From Eledone cirrhosa (lineage: Eukaryota): a DNA stretch of 64,000 bases. This document shows, in pieces, positions 1 through 13,796 of this stretch. The stretch's first letter is position 1, and every line of letters begins with the position of its first letter. Both the position numbers and the translations under genes were made by a program. The notes below the pieces were generated by a model that saw only the letters and a program-made list of their open reading frames with translations, ran no database searches and was not told the origin of the DNA. Where the stretch lies: NCBI GenBank assembly GCA_964016885.1, contig OZ024745.1, forward strand, positions 38,006,001-38,070,000, written 5' to 3'.

Positions 1-23
1 ACATCAATGACTGAGACTCAAAG

Positions 24-1505
24 AATAATAATGATTTCTTTATTGGCCACAAGGGCTGACATCAAGAAAAACATTACAGATGACACAGGACGGTACAGGA
101 CGGTACAGGACGGTACAATGTGGGTTTTGTGCGTGTAAAGATTTTTATTATTTATATAAGAAAAGAAAAAGAAAAGGACATAGAAACATATATATATAAA
201 CAATAAAAATGAAAATTGAAACAATTAAAAATTCCCCAATAGGGGGGAAACCTCCGAGGGTCACTCGTGGCGAAAACCACACAAGAGACAACGGCCACCC
301 TGACCACCAGGGCAAGCGCCCTCTCTCAATTTTTACATTTCTCAAACTACAGGCGTATATTCAGAGCGGTCCCGTTCACTCGGACAATTCTCGCTACATT
401 CACCCACCTTTCAACAAACTTGCTAAAAGGTGACACTTGCCTCTCCACCCTGATTTTCTTCTTCAAGTGAAACTTGAAAAAGTTAATTAGGGATTCGCCG
501 AAGTGGTATGTGTCTGTCTTTAACCCTTTCAACCTTGTCCACCACACAATCTCTTTCGCCATGGCCACCAGGCAGATGAAAACCGCCTGCCCTTCCTCCT
601 CGAAGAAAGACGGTGAGAACATCTGCACAATGGACTCAGTCAATAACCGGATAAGTCCTACACGCGACAGCAACTGTTCGACATAGCTCCACCTGTCCAC
701 GGGCACTGAACAAGTGCGTGAACGACGGTTTCGTCGCTCTGTGCGCATCTCGGACAGGCTCGGCTGACGGCACTTCAGTGCCTGTAGAGCTTATCTCGAA
801 CCGGCAACGCTCCACCTCCGCATTCACCACCTCCGCCCGGCCTTTCAGCGACAGCTTCCTCTCGGCCCATTTCTGGGTGAGGGAGGCCACCCTGCTCGTC
901 ACCTCGCTCCAGTTTTTCTCCATCTGGAGGTCCGGTCCGACCAGACCCCGAGCAATTTAACCGGTCCGTCCATCCAACGTCCCGCGACGTTGTCGCACGG
1001 CATGAACTTGTCTCTCCAGATGCCGAGCTGCAAGCCCACCGGCTTTTCCTGGGTTATATTTGCTCCTGTCACCGGTTCGTATTCCTTGAGAGCGGTGCCG
1101 AGCATCTGGATGTGTCTGGTGCTCGACACGACCACGGTGACGTCGTCGGCGGAAGATGACTCGGATTTTCCGCATGCTAGCTCGCATGTGACGCCCCTCA
1201 TCGCCCCAGTTTGTGCAGTAATGGCGCGAGAGCCTATACGTACAAGAGGGACGAGAGGGGACAACCCTGGCGGACCGAGTGCATTATGCTGAACGGCTGC
1301 GACAGGTGACCGTTCACCGTCACAACTGAGCAGTGTCGCTGTACATCGCAACGATCCAACCCCTGAAAACCGGCCCGAAACCGGCTGCCTCGAGGACCGC
1401 GGCCAGGTACCGATGGTCGACCCTATTGAATGCTTTGGATTGATCCAAGTTGATCAGGGCCCCATTCCCCACTAATCTCCTGAAACGTTCTAAAATGGCC
1501 CTTCT
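24..1505 (-). mobile_element. Decayed, 5'-truncated L1/Tx1-clade LINE (RT fragment plus 3' end)
   Basis: Minus-strand ORF pieces carry RT motifs LDQSKAFNRVDHRYL (1320-1508), SADDVTVVV and PVKLLGVW (899-1351), and WAERKLSLKGRAEVVN (636-923). There are frameshifts. AATAAA (minus, 38-43) and a short TTA tail lie at the 3' end. Confidence 0.8.
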
Positions 1506-2079
1506 CAAAAATTCAGAATTAAAAAAAAATGAAACAGGAATTTAGATCTCAAATTGACTAGCATCAATGACATGTTTATAGCAGCAAGCACACATAAAAG
1601 CAACGCAACATCCCACCTCCATTCCGCTGTCATGGCTACAAATGTTAAACTAACTAAAATAAAATACAAAAAGAGAAAGAACAACACACTAGCAGCCCAA
1701 GTGACTTCAAAAAGTAGACAATCTACTTTTAGACCGTTGTTACTGAACTTCAAACAAAATATAAAACCAAAGCAAAAACAACAGAAATAAAACTAGCCCC
1801 AGACATCAAACAATTACATTGACACTCCTCAACACCATCACTGCGACTACCGCAAGCATTTGAAAAATTAACAATTGGAAACAATGATAATAATGATTTC
1901 ATCATTAGCCACATAGTGTTCACATGAAGACAATTTTAAAGATCTTTAATGGTAAAAATGTCAATACGTGTGATATAAACTCCCAAATCCAGTGATGGTG
2001 TCACGTTTAGTGCAACATTAAATTCACTAATCTTCTTTATGAGTGCTTAAATGACGAAGCTAAATAGTTCAAATAATGG

Positions 2080-3830
2080 TAAAAAAGAGGCTGGAACTTC
2101 ACACGAAGGACTCTCACTCGGTAAGTGATCGCTGGTCTAGCAGCAGGGATCTGGCTGTCATCCAAATACTGCTGGTATTGTTGGAAAAAGAGGGAACGAG
2201 GCAAAAACCAACAGGACGAAGGAATTGATTTAAAATGTAATGAAATGTTATCTGAAAGGCTATAGGAAACGAATGCATAAAATCTGGAACGATGTTGGTC
2301 TATTTAAATTAGGTGAACAAAAGCTAGTGGGTCAGGTTCATGTAATAAGAAGTAATGGATGGATAAGCGAGTTGGAATTGGAGAAACTGATTAGAGGAAT
2401 TAAGCCGGAAATGGAAAGTGGAGTAGATCAGGCATTTGGGACTGTAGAAAACGGAGCGAATCAGGAAAATGGACTAGTAGAAAATGAGGGTTGTGAGACC
2501 TGAGGAAATAACTGACAAAGACGATGATCTAATGTTTGAGATAAACAACATCTGAAGCGAAGATACTGCCATTGAGAAAATGAACTCGAGCGGGACAGGG
2601 CAAGATTTTGTTGATATTCTGAATTTAATGTTGGATGAAATGAATAATGATAGATTGGTATAGAGAAAAAAGTAAAACGAAACGACAAATTAAAAAGGAT
2701 CGTCCTTGAGGCAAATAATCTTCAGCAATGTAACAACATTCTTTAAGCAGCCGCAAATGTGGGAAAATCGCTTGTTATCAAATCAATGGAAACAGATAAG
2801 AAAGCACAGAACCTTGGTGGAAGAAATGGTTGAATGGAACTAAGGAAATAAGAAAGAAGTCGGCGATATTACAAGATTAACAAGGAAATACAGCACAAAG
2901 GGAAAAGAGTTAAGTGTTATAAAAGTGGGACTAAAGCAACGAGTTATAGTCAAAAATGCATAAAAAAAAAAAATGAGAGTAGAGTTAGCTAGATTAACCC
3001 ACAAGTTCAACAACAACATGTTATTTGAACAGCTTGACGGGACGGAACGAATCAACGACTTTTCAGGCTTTTGAAAGGAGACCATTTACTCAAACCAGCG
3101 AACGCATTTTACTGTAACGATCCCCCACCTCATGTCGAGGCCAAAACCAGTTGCCTTGATGACAGCCGACAGGTGTAGATGTTCTTCCCTCTCAGGCAGT
3201 TCGAAATGTCTGCACTGGGAACTTGGAATGATAAAAAAAGGGAGCTAAAGATATTTCGACCAGATACCTGGAAAGCTATCTCTGCAAGAGATACAGAACA
3301 TAATACTGACTGGCACTCTCCATGTCAAGAGAAGTGTAGTATCAGTTTAAATACCTTGCAAAAACATTTACTGTGGTATCATTTAATATGGTATTATTTA
3401 CATGACAAGTAATTCTACCAAATTTTGCCTTAAATGTCAGATTGGGAAGATATGGGATAGAATCAGAATTCAGAGTAAATTTGAAATAATAATAATGGAT
3501 GTGATAACTGTGAATGTTTCTAAAGCGGTAAGGCTTCCCCTGTACAACAGAGTTGGCTAAGATAAAGTGCTGGCCGGAACAACTGGAGAGATTTAAATTT
3601 TACAATGATGGAATATTATCTAAGAATTGTACCAGAGAGACTAGGCTGTAAGGACAGAATGAGCCATATATTGGTAGACAACGTAATGTTTCAAGTGACA
3701 TGGCTACGCTTGTGTGACAAGGTAAAACAGTGAAAGAAAAACGGATGGCTGGAAAACATTTTAAAGTATCAGAATCTTGTGAGGAATAAAAAAGAGATTT
3801 GGAATGCAAAGGTTATTAGTTGTCACCCGA
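2080..3830 (+). mobile_element. Decayed R4/Dong-type RLE retrotransposon remnant, same family as the element starting at 62959
   Basis: ORF 2240-2503 (CYLK..GYRKRMHKIWNDVGLFKLGEQKLVGQVHVIRSNGWISELELE) closely matches the in-frame translation of 63122-63290. The PWWKK-encoding segment is also shared (~2811 vs ~63727). The 3' boundary is uncertain. Confidence 0.75.
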
Positions 3831-3865
3831 ACCGAAGGACAAAATTTCCAATTCATTTGTGTGAA

Positions 3866-4067
3866 ACAAAAAAAAAGAAAAAAAGAAAAAAAAAAGAAAA
3901 AAGAAGAAGAAGAAGAAGAAGAAGAAGAAGAAGAAGAAGAAGAAGAAGAAGAAGAAGAAGAAGAAGAAGAACAACAACAACAACAACAACAACAACAGCA
4001 ACATCAGCAACCACTACCACCACCACCACACCAACAACAACACCAGCAACAACAACTACAACAACAA
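3866..4067. repeat. Compound (A)n/(GAA)n/(CAA)n/(CAC)n microsatellite
   Basis: Directly visible; explains the poly-R/E/Q/T ORFs. Confidence 0.95.
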
Positions 4068-5585
4068 TGAAGTTGGAATAACAAATATATATTCTCTTCA
4101 TTTATTCGTTGTGGGTAAAAAATGTATTGAGGTTATCATCTCCCCTTCGTTAAACAAATACATGGTAACTATATTTCTAATTAGGTGCACGGTTCGAAAC
4201 ATTTACAAATGAGTATGTGTGCGTTGTTATGTAAAATAGATTAACCAGATTAGCTGATTCCATGAAATGCATGAATGTGTAGTTAACACACTGAATATAT
4301 ACTTAACGTAGAAGCTTATGTTTCTAATGGATTGATAGAATTGTTAGAGCTCTGATGAAATAAGCCACATGAGATTTCTATTGCAAGTTCTGAGTTTAAA
4401 AGCCGTGGAGCGCAATTTTCTTTTCATACCTCCAGGCTCGATAACATAAAGTCACTGAAAAGTGCATAGTGTCGATGTAATAAACTTTACTTTTCCCCAA
4501 TACTGTTTATGTTGTGATTAATTTAGAAAACATTTTTGATGCTGTCCCCACTCAGACCCAGCTAACTCTTCAATGTACAGACACTTGACATAGTAATGTG
4601 CCTCTTTCTAACAAATGAAACTATTTTGACTTACAGCTTGGTAAGCTGAATAACTTAGTTTTTAACATTTCTTGCTATGGCCACACGGAGACAGTTATCA
4701 ATCATTCACTGTAAACGACTCCCACCCACCAAACCTTGTAGTAGGTCACAACACCATACGACACTCTCTAACTATTTAGGACATATACAAAAGGCTGCTA
4801 TGTGGCAGAAATAGTTAGTGATTGATTTATTGATCACAGGAAATTATATATTTAATCGTATTATTGCAATTTTGTATAAAACAGTGTTTGTTTCAGTCTT
4901 ATTAAAGCGACACTTTAACGTCTAACCGGACTCATGTTAGGTCTAGAGCTGTCTCTCCTCACATATAAATAAATAAAACAGCCAAATATTCTAATAACCC
5001 AACTGGGCTTTAGAAAAATGTCACCATAAAAACAATTGTAATGTTCAATATAGAATCTAAAACACGTTTACTAATGAGATATTTCCTTAACTTATTAATA
5101 AGCAATATCATTTTTATTGTTCTATCGATCGTTGCTGCTACTGACTCTAGAGCAAAATCTTACTATCAGTATAGAAAAGTAAACTACATTCGTTATGTCG
5201 ATGGTTGTTCCAGTTTTTGGATAAACTACTACCTGCCCAAATAACAGTCAAGTATCAACCGATATATAAGTATATATGTATATGTATATGTATATGATAT
5301 CAACCGATATATAAGTATATATGTATATGTGTTAGATGAGAAATATTATATTTAAAATGGTTCGAGTGGGCAAAATTTAGTTTGTTTTAACTACCAACGT
5401 GAGCGCCAATGATATGCAAATTAGAACGTCCATTTCAGGATACTACACGTGATATTGTATATAATCGCTTTGATTGCGTATTTCTTTGGTGTTATTGAGA
5501 TGATGAATATACCTGCTTAAAATCGATTAAAGTGTCATTAATTTTTCAATTTACAAGGGGACACGTAACATTATATATATATATA

Positions 5586-5705
5586 TGGAAATGTTAGACC
5601 CCGACGGCAGAGCTCTAACATTTTCCTATTACCCACTCTACTGCCCTAAGTATTGAGTACTCTGGTGCGTTATGATCCATCTGGTTCCTTACCACACCTT
5701 CGTTA
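5586..5705. mobile_element. Short TA-tract-inserted repeat family A, partial copy
   Basis: Shares ccccgacggcagagctc and ccactctact.ccctaagtattgagtactctggtgcgttat..tccatctggttccttaccaca with 46765-46939, and in reverse complement with 12052-12247 and 11113-11305. Confidence 0.8.
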
Positions 5706-6484
5706 TATATATATATATATAATTACACACGTGTGTGTGTGTGTATATGTATGTGTATGGGTGAGTGCTTTGTGTGCACGTGTGTATCATGCAGATTTGT
5801 TTTTATGATATTTAAAAATACATATTCCTTTTCTCGGTCTCGTTTCTTTCTTCTTTGTCTCTCCTCCAATCGTTCCTCTCTTTATATTGTTATTTATATC
5901 TATATTGTTTGAGCGGGAGCAATATTCTGTATCGATTTAGCCAAATGCATGCATAGAGGAATCATTTAAGCTTTCTTTATTATTCATATACTTATTCCTT
6001 CATTTATTTATATTCATATCTCTATAACCATTTACCTACTATTACCGACATTGTCAAAATGTATGGTCCTCAAAATCCTCGTTTATGACCAATAACATTG
6101 TAGTCACTAATGCATAATACCCGATTTGTGCTGGTTCTTTTGTCTGATGTCACATTTGACTATGTATAGATAGAGAGAAGGAAAGAGAAAGTGTGAGGAA
6201 AATAGATAACTAAATTTCGGTTTGCAGAAAGAGAATGCAGAGTGGCCGCAGTTGAAATACCTATATATATATCTTAGTGACATATATAATATTATGTACA
6301 CACACACACACACAGACCCCCCCCCCCATATATATATATATATATATAAATTTGAAAACGTGGTGCAGAATACAAGATGTATGGCCAAGTATATTTAAAG
6401 CTTTATGGGATTATAGTCCAAAGAATGAGTGGTAATAAAACTGTTTTATCAATGAAATGATTTACTACAATAAAACTTGGTTTA

Positions 6485-6525
<41 letters not shown>

Positions 6526-7093
6526 TGTGTGCTTGTTTGTGTGAGTATGTGTGTGGGGCGGGGGGGAGGGGTAGTAAGACACATAGGTGTTATGGTTGAA
6601 CAACGTTGAACAATGGTGTTACTTGTCTGAATGAGTAACATTTCAATTAGTAAACAGCAGAATGTTTCTCAGAGATAATAATTTGGAACGACTCCCTCAT
6701 CCTCCCACACCCACACAACATCCATAGACAACAATACTGTTCAGAGTAATTGTATGATTTGAAAATCAAAGCTTAATCGATTGTGAGTTATCGCTTATAA
6801 GGTTAGCAGTGTTTATCTTTCATTTATATTAGATTAGTTATTAAGCCGCCAGTTATGAAGATGCGAGGAATTTAATGAGGTGTTCATACGGAGTCACGCA
6901 TATACGCAAACACGCACACACGAGCACATACACATAAATGCACAAATACACATATATGCTGTTGCACGCCGTCATTCATACACGGATAAAGAGAGAATCA
7001 TTAAGGTAATAATATATAAAAACCTACACCCGTGCGTATATATAATATAATATAATATTATATATACATATATATATATATATGTATATATAA

Positions 7094-7128
<35 letters not shown>

Positions 7129-7495
7129 CTAGGGCGGGTAAAATTCCCGAGATCCATGGACGAGTTCTCTCCAGCGGTCTCTGTCCCTCATTATCGCTGC
7201 CATATCCTGCGTCTCCAACAGACCAGTGTCTGTCCTTAGGGCATCAACATACGTTAACCTTGGTCTTCCTCTTCCAGTGTGTCCATGTAGGGGCTCCCAC
7301 AGGAGCACTGAGTGCAATGTCAACTCTGCATGTCGGTGATCATGTCCAGCTAACCTCAGTCTCCTCTGAATCACTTTTGAGCTGACATTTGGGAGGCTCC
7401 CATACAGCTCTGAGTTTTTCATCCTCAGTGTATACTGATTAATGTTCAGAGCCATCCTCAGCATTCTCGTGTAGTACCCATCCACCATCAGAGTT
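7129..7495 (-). mobile_element. 3' fragment of a LINE ORF2 (RTE-like C-terminal region)
   Basis: Translation DGYYTRMLRMALNI...ELYG...IQRRLRLAGH...LLWEP...GRGRPRLTYVDAL...DRDRWR is typical of the post-RT C-terminus of APE-type LINEs. Flanked by (TA)n. Confidence 0.8.
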
Positions 7496-7515
7496 ATATA
7501 TATATATATATATAT

Positions 7516-7632
7516 AATAACTAGAAATTGATTAACATATAAATAAACATGAATAATCACAGGAGATAATTATCTCCTGTGATTATTCATGTTTATTCAT
7601 GTTTATTTATATATCAATTTCTAGTTATTATA
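7516..7632. repeat. Near-perfect fold-back (hairpin) repeat next to a (TA)n tract
   Basis: taataactagaaattgat...aatcacaggagataat|tatctcctgtgatt...atcaatttctagttatta. Confidence 0.85.
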
Positions 7633-7892
7633 AAATGCTCGGACCTACCCGTTAGAATCTTAGAGCTTATTTTGCGGGTGATATGGCGCATGTCTTTCTG
7701 GCATGACACCCATAATTTTTTATTTAGATTAAATTCATTTGATTTATCTTAATTTTTGATATATATATATATATATATATATGCATATATATATAAATAT
7801 ATAAATATTTGCCCTATGGTTTTTATATATTCGATATATATATCATCCTTATCGAGCCCTCTTCGAATTTTAGTCTTCACATTTATTATTAT

Positions 7893-7928
<36 letters not shown>

Positions 7929-7960
7929 CAATTTAAAAAAAATATGATCAACACTAATGT

Positions 7961-8008
<48 letters not shown>

Positions 8009-8339
8009 AAAGGAGAAAGAAGAGACGATTATTAAGAAGAAAAATATTTTTTTTTCCTTTTTTATTTCTTTCTCTCTTTTTTTCTGGGTTAGAAAATGAT
8101 TAAAACGAAATGTTTTACTTTGTGTGAAGTGTTAAGGTAATAGTTGATTTATTTATTATTTAAAAATTTATTTATCTATCTATATATTTATCTATCTATA
8201 TATTTAATAATTGTCTATTACCGGTTTCAGCATTTTTAAGCATTATCAAATGGTAGTGATATGTATTAGTGTGGTGTCGCACATGTTGAAGAGAAGGTGC
8301 AGAAAGAATAATGTTATTTACAAACAAGGTTTATGAAGT

Positions 8340-8435
8340 GAAAAGAAAAAAGAAAAAAGAAAAAAGAAAAAAGAAAAAAGAAAAAAGAAAAAAGAAAAAA
8401 GAAAAAAGAAAAAAGAAAAAAGAAAAAAGAAAAAA
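8340..8435. repeat. (GAAAAAA)n heptamer tandem repeat
   Basis: Directly visible. Confidence 0.95.
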
Positions 8436-8734
8436 CGGTCGAAATGTAGAGCATAAAAGGTCAATGTGAAAGAAAAAATAATGTTATTTACAGGCATAGT
8501 TCATGAAGTTAAGCAGATCAAAATGTGTTAATATAGCAAGAGTGCTTAGTTGATCCATGATTCCATGAAGGAGGCAAATGGTGGACTGAGGTTTGATATG
8601 ATTTCCCTTTTTAGAGAGTCAATATGCAGGGGGAAGCAATTCTTGCTGGATGATATTTAATTTATTTAAGAAAAAGGATTAGGTAGGGTGTGAGGGAGGT
8701 AACTCTTGTAAATGTTTGATTGTTTGTTGCAGGT

Positions 8735-9268
8735 TTAGTTTGGTCCGATTTTTAGTGCATTAAGTAGGGGTTGGAATTTGTTAATGAAATATGTTTCCTT
8801 ATTAGTACGGTGGATGAAGGTAGCGTTGTCTATGAATTTGTAAATGGCGAACATTTTAAGGTTTGGATGTTGGTTGTGTGCACAATTGTCGATATGTTCA
8901 CTAAATGTAATCTTTCTGTATTCCTGTATTTTAATTTGTGATTTATGGACGGTCATACGTTGACAGAGGCTATTTTTTGTCTGTCCTATGTAGTGCTCTT
9001 GACAACCTGAGCAGGTCAAAACAAAGATTAGGTTTTCAGATGCACATGTAAAGTTGTGTTTAACTGTGAAATGTTGTCCTTGTTTAAAATGGAATGATGA
9101 GCCTTCTATTAGATTTATGCATATGCCACAGTTGGCCCTTCCGCATTTTGTTACTGTAGGGTTCATTGTGATGGTTTGTTGGATTTTGGCTTGTGTGAGG
9201 ATGTTTTTTATGGATTTAGGCTGTCTTTTGCTCTTTATGATGTTGTGTGTTTGGAGGATTTTGTTCAT
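8735..9268 (-). pseudogene. PLE GIY-YIG endonuclease fragment
   Basis: LIFVLTC..C...YIGQT motif, conserved Arg and C-terminal E..FI....PLLN. No RT lies upstream, so the element is truncated. Confidence 0.85.
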
Positions 9269-9479
9269 TCTTGGGTCTCTTTTTAGTAAAGGAATGTTCT
9301 GGAGGATGGTGTCGAATGCCTCATTGTTGAGGGGGTTGTGTGTGGAGATATATGGTAGAGATTTTTGTTGCGGTTATATATATATTCTAGTCGATCGACT
9401 TTCGTCAAATCGGACCGAGAAAACTATGTTTCCGTTGGTCTTTCCAATTGCTAATACTATCTATCGGTCGCAACTCCAG

Positions 9480-9604
9480 GTAGAAGGAGCAACGTGAAAT
9501 AAAGTGTCTTGCTCAAGGACATAACGCATCTCCTGGTTCAGGAATCGAACTCACAACCTCACGATTGTGAATCCAATACTCTAACCACTCAGCCACACGC
9601 CTTC
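9480..9604 (-). mobile_element. tRNA-derived SINE, family 2
   Basis: Minus strand: ggcgtgtggctgagtggttaga (A box) ... gagttcgattcc (B box), then tgtccttgagcaagacactttatttcac. A second copy lies at about 19965-20050. Confidence 0.8.
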
Positions 9605-9654
9605 ACTATATATATAACCCCATTTACACATTTAAATATACACACACACAAACA

Positions 9655-9925
9655 TATATATAAGTTTATCCCGGGTTCAATCGGGTGCAACCACAGTAAG
9701 TAAGGTACACAATACGTAGCAGAGTATACATATTTAATATAGAAATGGCTTCTACAGGACAAGAACTGTTTCATTCGGGAGAAATCATCAGGGGCTTCCC
9801 GATGATGTCTCCCGAATGAAACAGCTCTAGTCCTTTAGAAGCCATTTCTATATTAAATATTTATACCTTGCTACGTATTGAGTACCTTACTTACTGTGGT
9901 TACACCCGCTTGAACCCGGGATACA

Positions 9926-9930
<5 letters not shown>
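9655..9930. mobile_element. Fold-back element in a (TA)n tract with a hammerhead-like core at the apex
   Basis: Arms about 9655-9793 and 9797-9930 are imperfect reverse complements. The minus strand reads CTGATGA-tttctcccgaat-GAAAC. Stem I was not found. Confidence 0.75.
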
Positions 9931-9997
<67 letters not shown>

Positions 9998-10038
9998 TTT
10001 TGCGAGGTTTTTTTATATGAAATCGTGTGTCGGAACAC

Positions 10039-11049
<1,011 letters not shown>

Positions 11050-11112
11050 TGTGTGTGTGTATATTTAAATGTGTGTATATAAGTGTTTATATATATATTT
11101 ATAAAACAAACA

Positions 11113-11305
11113 GGCTGTGGTAAGATACCAGGCGGACCATAACGGACCAGAGTACTTAATACTTTGGGTAGTAGGGTGGGTAATAGAAAAATAGTCAGGA
11201 CCCCGACAGCTCAGCTCCGGCCGTTTCGACAGCTAGATCGGAACAGTTCGGATCTACCTGTCGGAACGTCCGGAGCTCAGCCACCGGGGTCCTGACTCTT
11301 TTCCT
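11113..11305. mobile_element. Repeat family A copy with internal hairpin
   Basis: tgtggtaag...agtacttaatactttgggtagtag, then hairpin tcaggaccccg...cggggtcctga. Confidence 0.75.
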
Positions 11306-11374
11306 ATATATATATATATATATATATAGTTTGTGATTTAAATTCAGGAATTTTATATTCTTTGAATGAAAAGA

Positions 11375-11458
11375 ACCTTCTGACGAGAATCTCTCTTTGC
11401 AACGAAGGCCGTATGGTCTCCGTTTTATTTTTGGGATTCGAAACCGATCGGTAAAGGT
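11375..11458 (+). ncRNA. Type-I hammerhead ribozyme, intact core
   Basis: acctt-CTGACGA-gaatctc...gggattc-GAAA-ccgatcg-GTA-aaggt. Stem I 5 bp, stem II closed, palindromic stem III ACCGATCGGT, GUA cleavage site. Confidence 0.9.
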
Positions 11459-11857
11459 AACTATAGTAGGTAAAGTCAATTTTTAAAAATTTATTTTGAA
11501 ACTTTTTCATTATTTACTAAACCTTGTTTATATTTGTTCTGGCTCGTTAATTTATTAACCCGCCATTGAACCACACTGGCACTTGGTTGGACAATACATG
11601 CGTACCTTGGCGCCTTGTGCGTGAAGGGACGTATTTCATATTACTACTACCTCCACAAACGTTGAGAACAAACCGGGTCATTCCGACTGCTGCTGACAAC
11701 AGCGGTGGCTAGTTTGACCTACCTCCTTTTGCCTCTATCTTTACTACGGCCCTTGATAAACCTGTTCTACATCATCCACTCTCATCCCAGGAACAGTCTT
11801 TGATAGCGCTAGTTTGTGATTTAAATTCAGGAATTTTATATTCTTTGAATGAAAAGA

Positions 11858-11941
11858 ACCTTCTGACGAGAATTTCTCTTTGCAACGAAGGCCGTATGGT
11901 CTCCGTTTTATTTTGGGGATTCGAAACCGATCGGTAAAGGT
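11858..11941 (+). ncRNA. Type-I hammerhead ribozyme, second copy
   Basis: acctt-CTGACGA-gaatttc...gggattc-GAAA-ccgatcg-GTA-aaggt. Confidence 0.9.
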
Positions 11942-12009
11942 AACTATAGTAGGTAAAGTCAATTTTTTAAAATTTATTTTGAAACTTTTTCATTATTTAC
12001 TAAACCTTT

Positions 12010-12051
<42 letters not shown>

Positions 12052-12053
<2 letters not shown>

Positions 12054-12243
12054 CGAAGGAAATGTGGTAAGGAACCAGATGGAACATAACGCGCCAAAGT
12101 ACTCAATACTTAGGGTAGTAGAGTGGGTATTAGGAACAAGTATGACCCCGACGGCAGAGATCAAGTCGTTTCGACGGCTAATTCTGGACGCCAGAATTAG
12201 CCGTCGAAACGGCTCGAGCTCTGCCATCGGGGTCATACTTGTT

Positions 12244-12247
<4 letters not shown>
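12052..12247. mobile_element. Repeat family A copy with ~110-bp hairpin
   Basis: taggaacaagtatgaccccga...aattctgg-acg-ccagaatt...tcggggtcatacttgttccta, flanked by (TA)n. Confidence 0.85.
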
Positions 12248-12318
<71 letters not shown>

Positions 12319-12616
12319 ATACGCGCCTTTCACTGAGGATTATTTTTTCCGCAGCTCGTCAGTTCGACATCTTTGAAATGGATGTTGCTAGCATTAGAGT
12401 TCTACAACAATATCTATGTGGCATCCAAGAAATATGTTAGGTAAACACGCCACTATAACTTTCCAGTTTACATAAAAGATTACCCAAACCTAAACACGAA
12501 GAACTTCTACTGGGCACAAGTCTAAATAATAGTTACCCCGTAGCTACCCTACCTGACGAGCTTCAAAGATAATAATTCTATAGAAAAACGCGCATATTCG
12601 ACAGATGAAAACTCTT

Positions 12617-12790
12617 TATATCACACCCCGTCCCTCGGACAGAGTACTCTGTCAACATTGGACCTGTTTATTTGTTTACGAAAAATCTACCTTATAAATA
12701 TATACACACATATATATATATCACACCCCGTCCCTCGGACAGAGTGGTCTTTCAACATTGGACCTGTTTATTTTTTTACGAAAAATCTAC

Positions 12791-12848
<58 letters not shown>

Positions 12849-12925
12849 GTAGAGTTGTTTTCGTAAAAGAATAAACAGGTCCAATGTTGACAGATCACTC
12901 TGTCCGAGGGACGGGGTGTGATATA
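12617..12925. repeat. ~75-bp unit: two direct copies plus one inverted copy, interleaved with (TA)n
   Basis: tatcacaccccgtccctcggacagagt... at about 12619 and 12718; reverse complement at about 12849-12924. Confidence 0.85.
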
Positions 12926-12943
12926 CTAGAATAGTGTATAATT

Positions 12944-13752
12944 AGAAAATGCCCATATTTACATAACCCGAGCAGACAAATGCACCGTTACCTCTTCAGC
13001 CAAGTTGCTGGCAATGCAGTTCTGTGCATTATACTGCAGCTGCAATGCCAGCTTCCGCAAATATCACAACCCGCTCTGCTCGTTTGAACAATCGACAGTA
13101 AACATTTGCCGGTGTCTTTTCGTGAAAATTTACAACTACAACTTTTTCTTCGCGTTATATAACTGTTTATATATCCCGCTGATACAACATTCACCCACTT
13201 ATTTTGATAAGCTAAATATTTAAGTTGACCGGTACATTCTCTATTCCTCCTTTGTTCTCTTTCTTGCTCTTTTCTCTGTCTCTTTCAGTCTCTCTCTTTT
13301 TGTCTCTCCCTCCCCCCCCCCCGTCTCTCTCACGCGCACGATCTCTTTGCATCACTGTCTTCATATCACTATCCTTTGCTTGTCTACTATTATTACTCAC
13401 ATCCCATGAGCAAACTATTGATTTAGTCTTTCAGTCGGTAACACATTACTTCGACGAAAGTCTATTTTCCCTGCTTCTGGCGTCTTATGGTGCACAGATT
13501 GTTGTTCATTCATTTCTAATTTTACATTCGCACGTATACATTCCATCTGGTCGAAAAGGCGCCTGTAATTTTGTCCTACATATTCTTTGTTTTGTTCGCA
13601 TCACACCAACAAAGCGGGCTCTGATGTGTCACGCAAACTGGCATTGCAAGTCCAGTACCATCTTCATGCACGAAATCGCACTGCAAGCAAGGTGGATGAT
13701 GAGGTATTGTGCATTTTTTTCTGCTCGTTATATGTAACTGTGTGCATTCTCT
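12944..13752. mobile_element. Putative non-autonomous DNA transposon (MITE-like) with ~40-bp imperfect terminal inverted repeats
   Basis: gaaaatgcccatatttacataacccgagcagacaaatgca vs tgcatttttttctgctcgttatatgtaactgtgtgcattctc. No transposase recognised. Confidence 0.55.
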
Positions 13753-13796
13753 GCTGATATAAATAAATGAATAAATAATATGTATATATATATATA

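Larger units (their letters stand above)
8215..9350 (-). mobile_element. Penelope-like element 3' remnant: GIY-YIG endonuclease region, 3' UTR and degenerate hammerhead
   Basis: ORF 8735-9268 has CxxxxCxxC, FTCASENLIFVLTCSGCQEHYIGQT...RMTVH...E.YFINKFQPLLN, the PLE GIY-YIG pattern. The minus strand at 8215-8254 reads ccat-TTGATAA-tgc...gct-GAAAC-cg-GTA-atag. Confidence 0.85.
11327..12012 (+). mobile_element. Non-autonomous PLE/retrozyme-like element: two ~200-bp direct repeats, each with a hammerhead, 483 bp apart
   Basis: 11327-11529 is nearly identical to 11810-12012. No coding capacity. Bounded by (TA)n on both sides. Confidence 0.85.

Noticed and set aside
4351-4365. CTGATGA (also CTGACGA at 12553)
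   Set aside because: No matching stems or GAAA-NTH arrangement.
9540-9604. tRNA gene
   Set aside because: A and B boxes continue into a SINE body; it is a SINE head, not a stand-alone tRNA.
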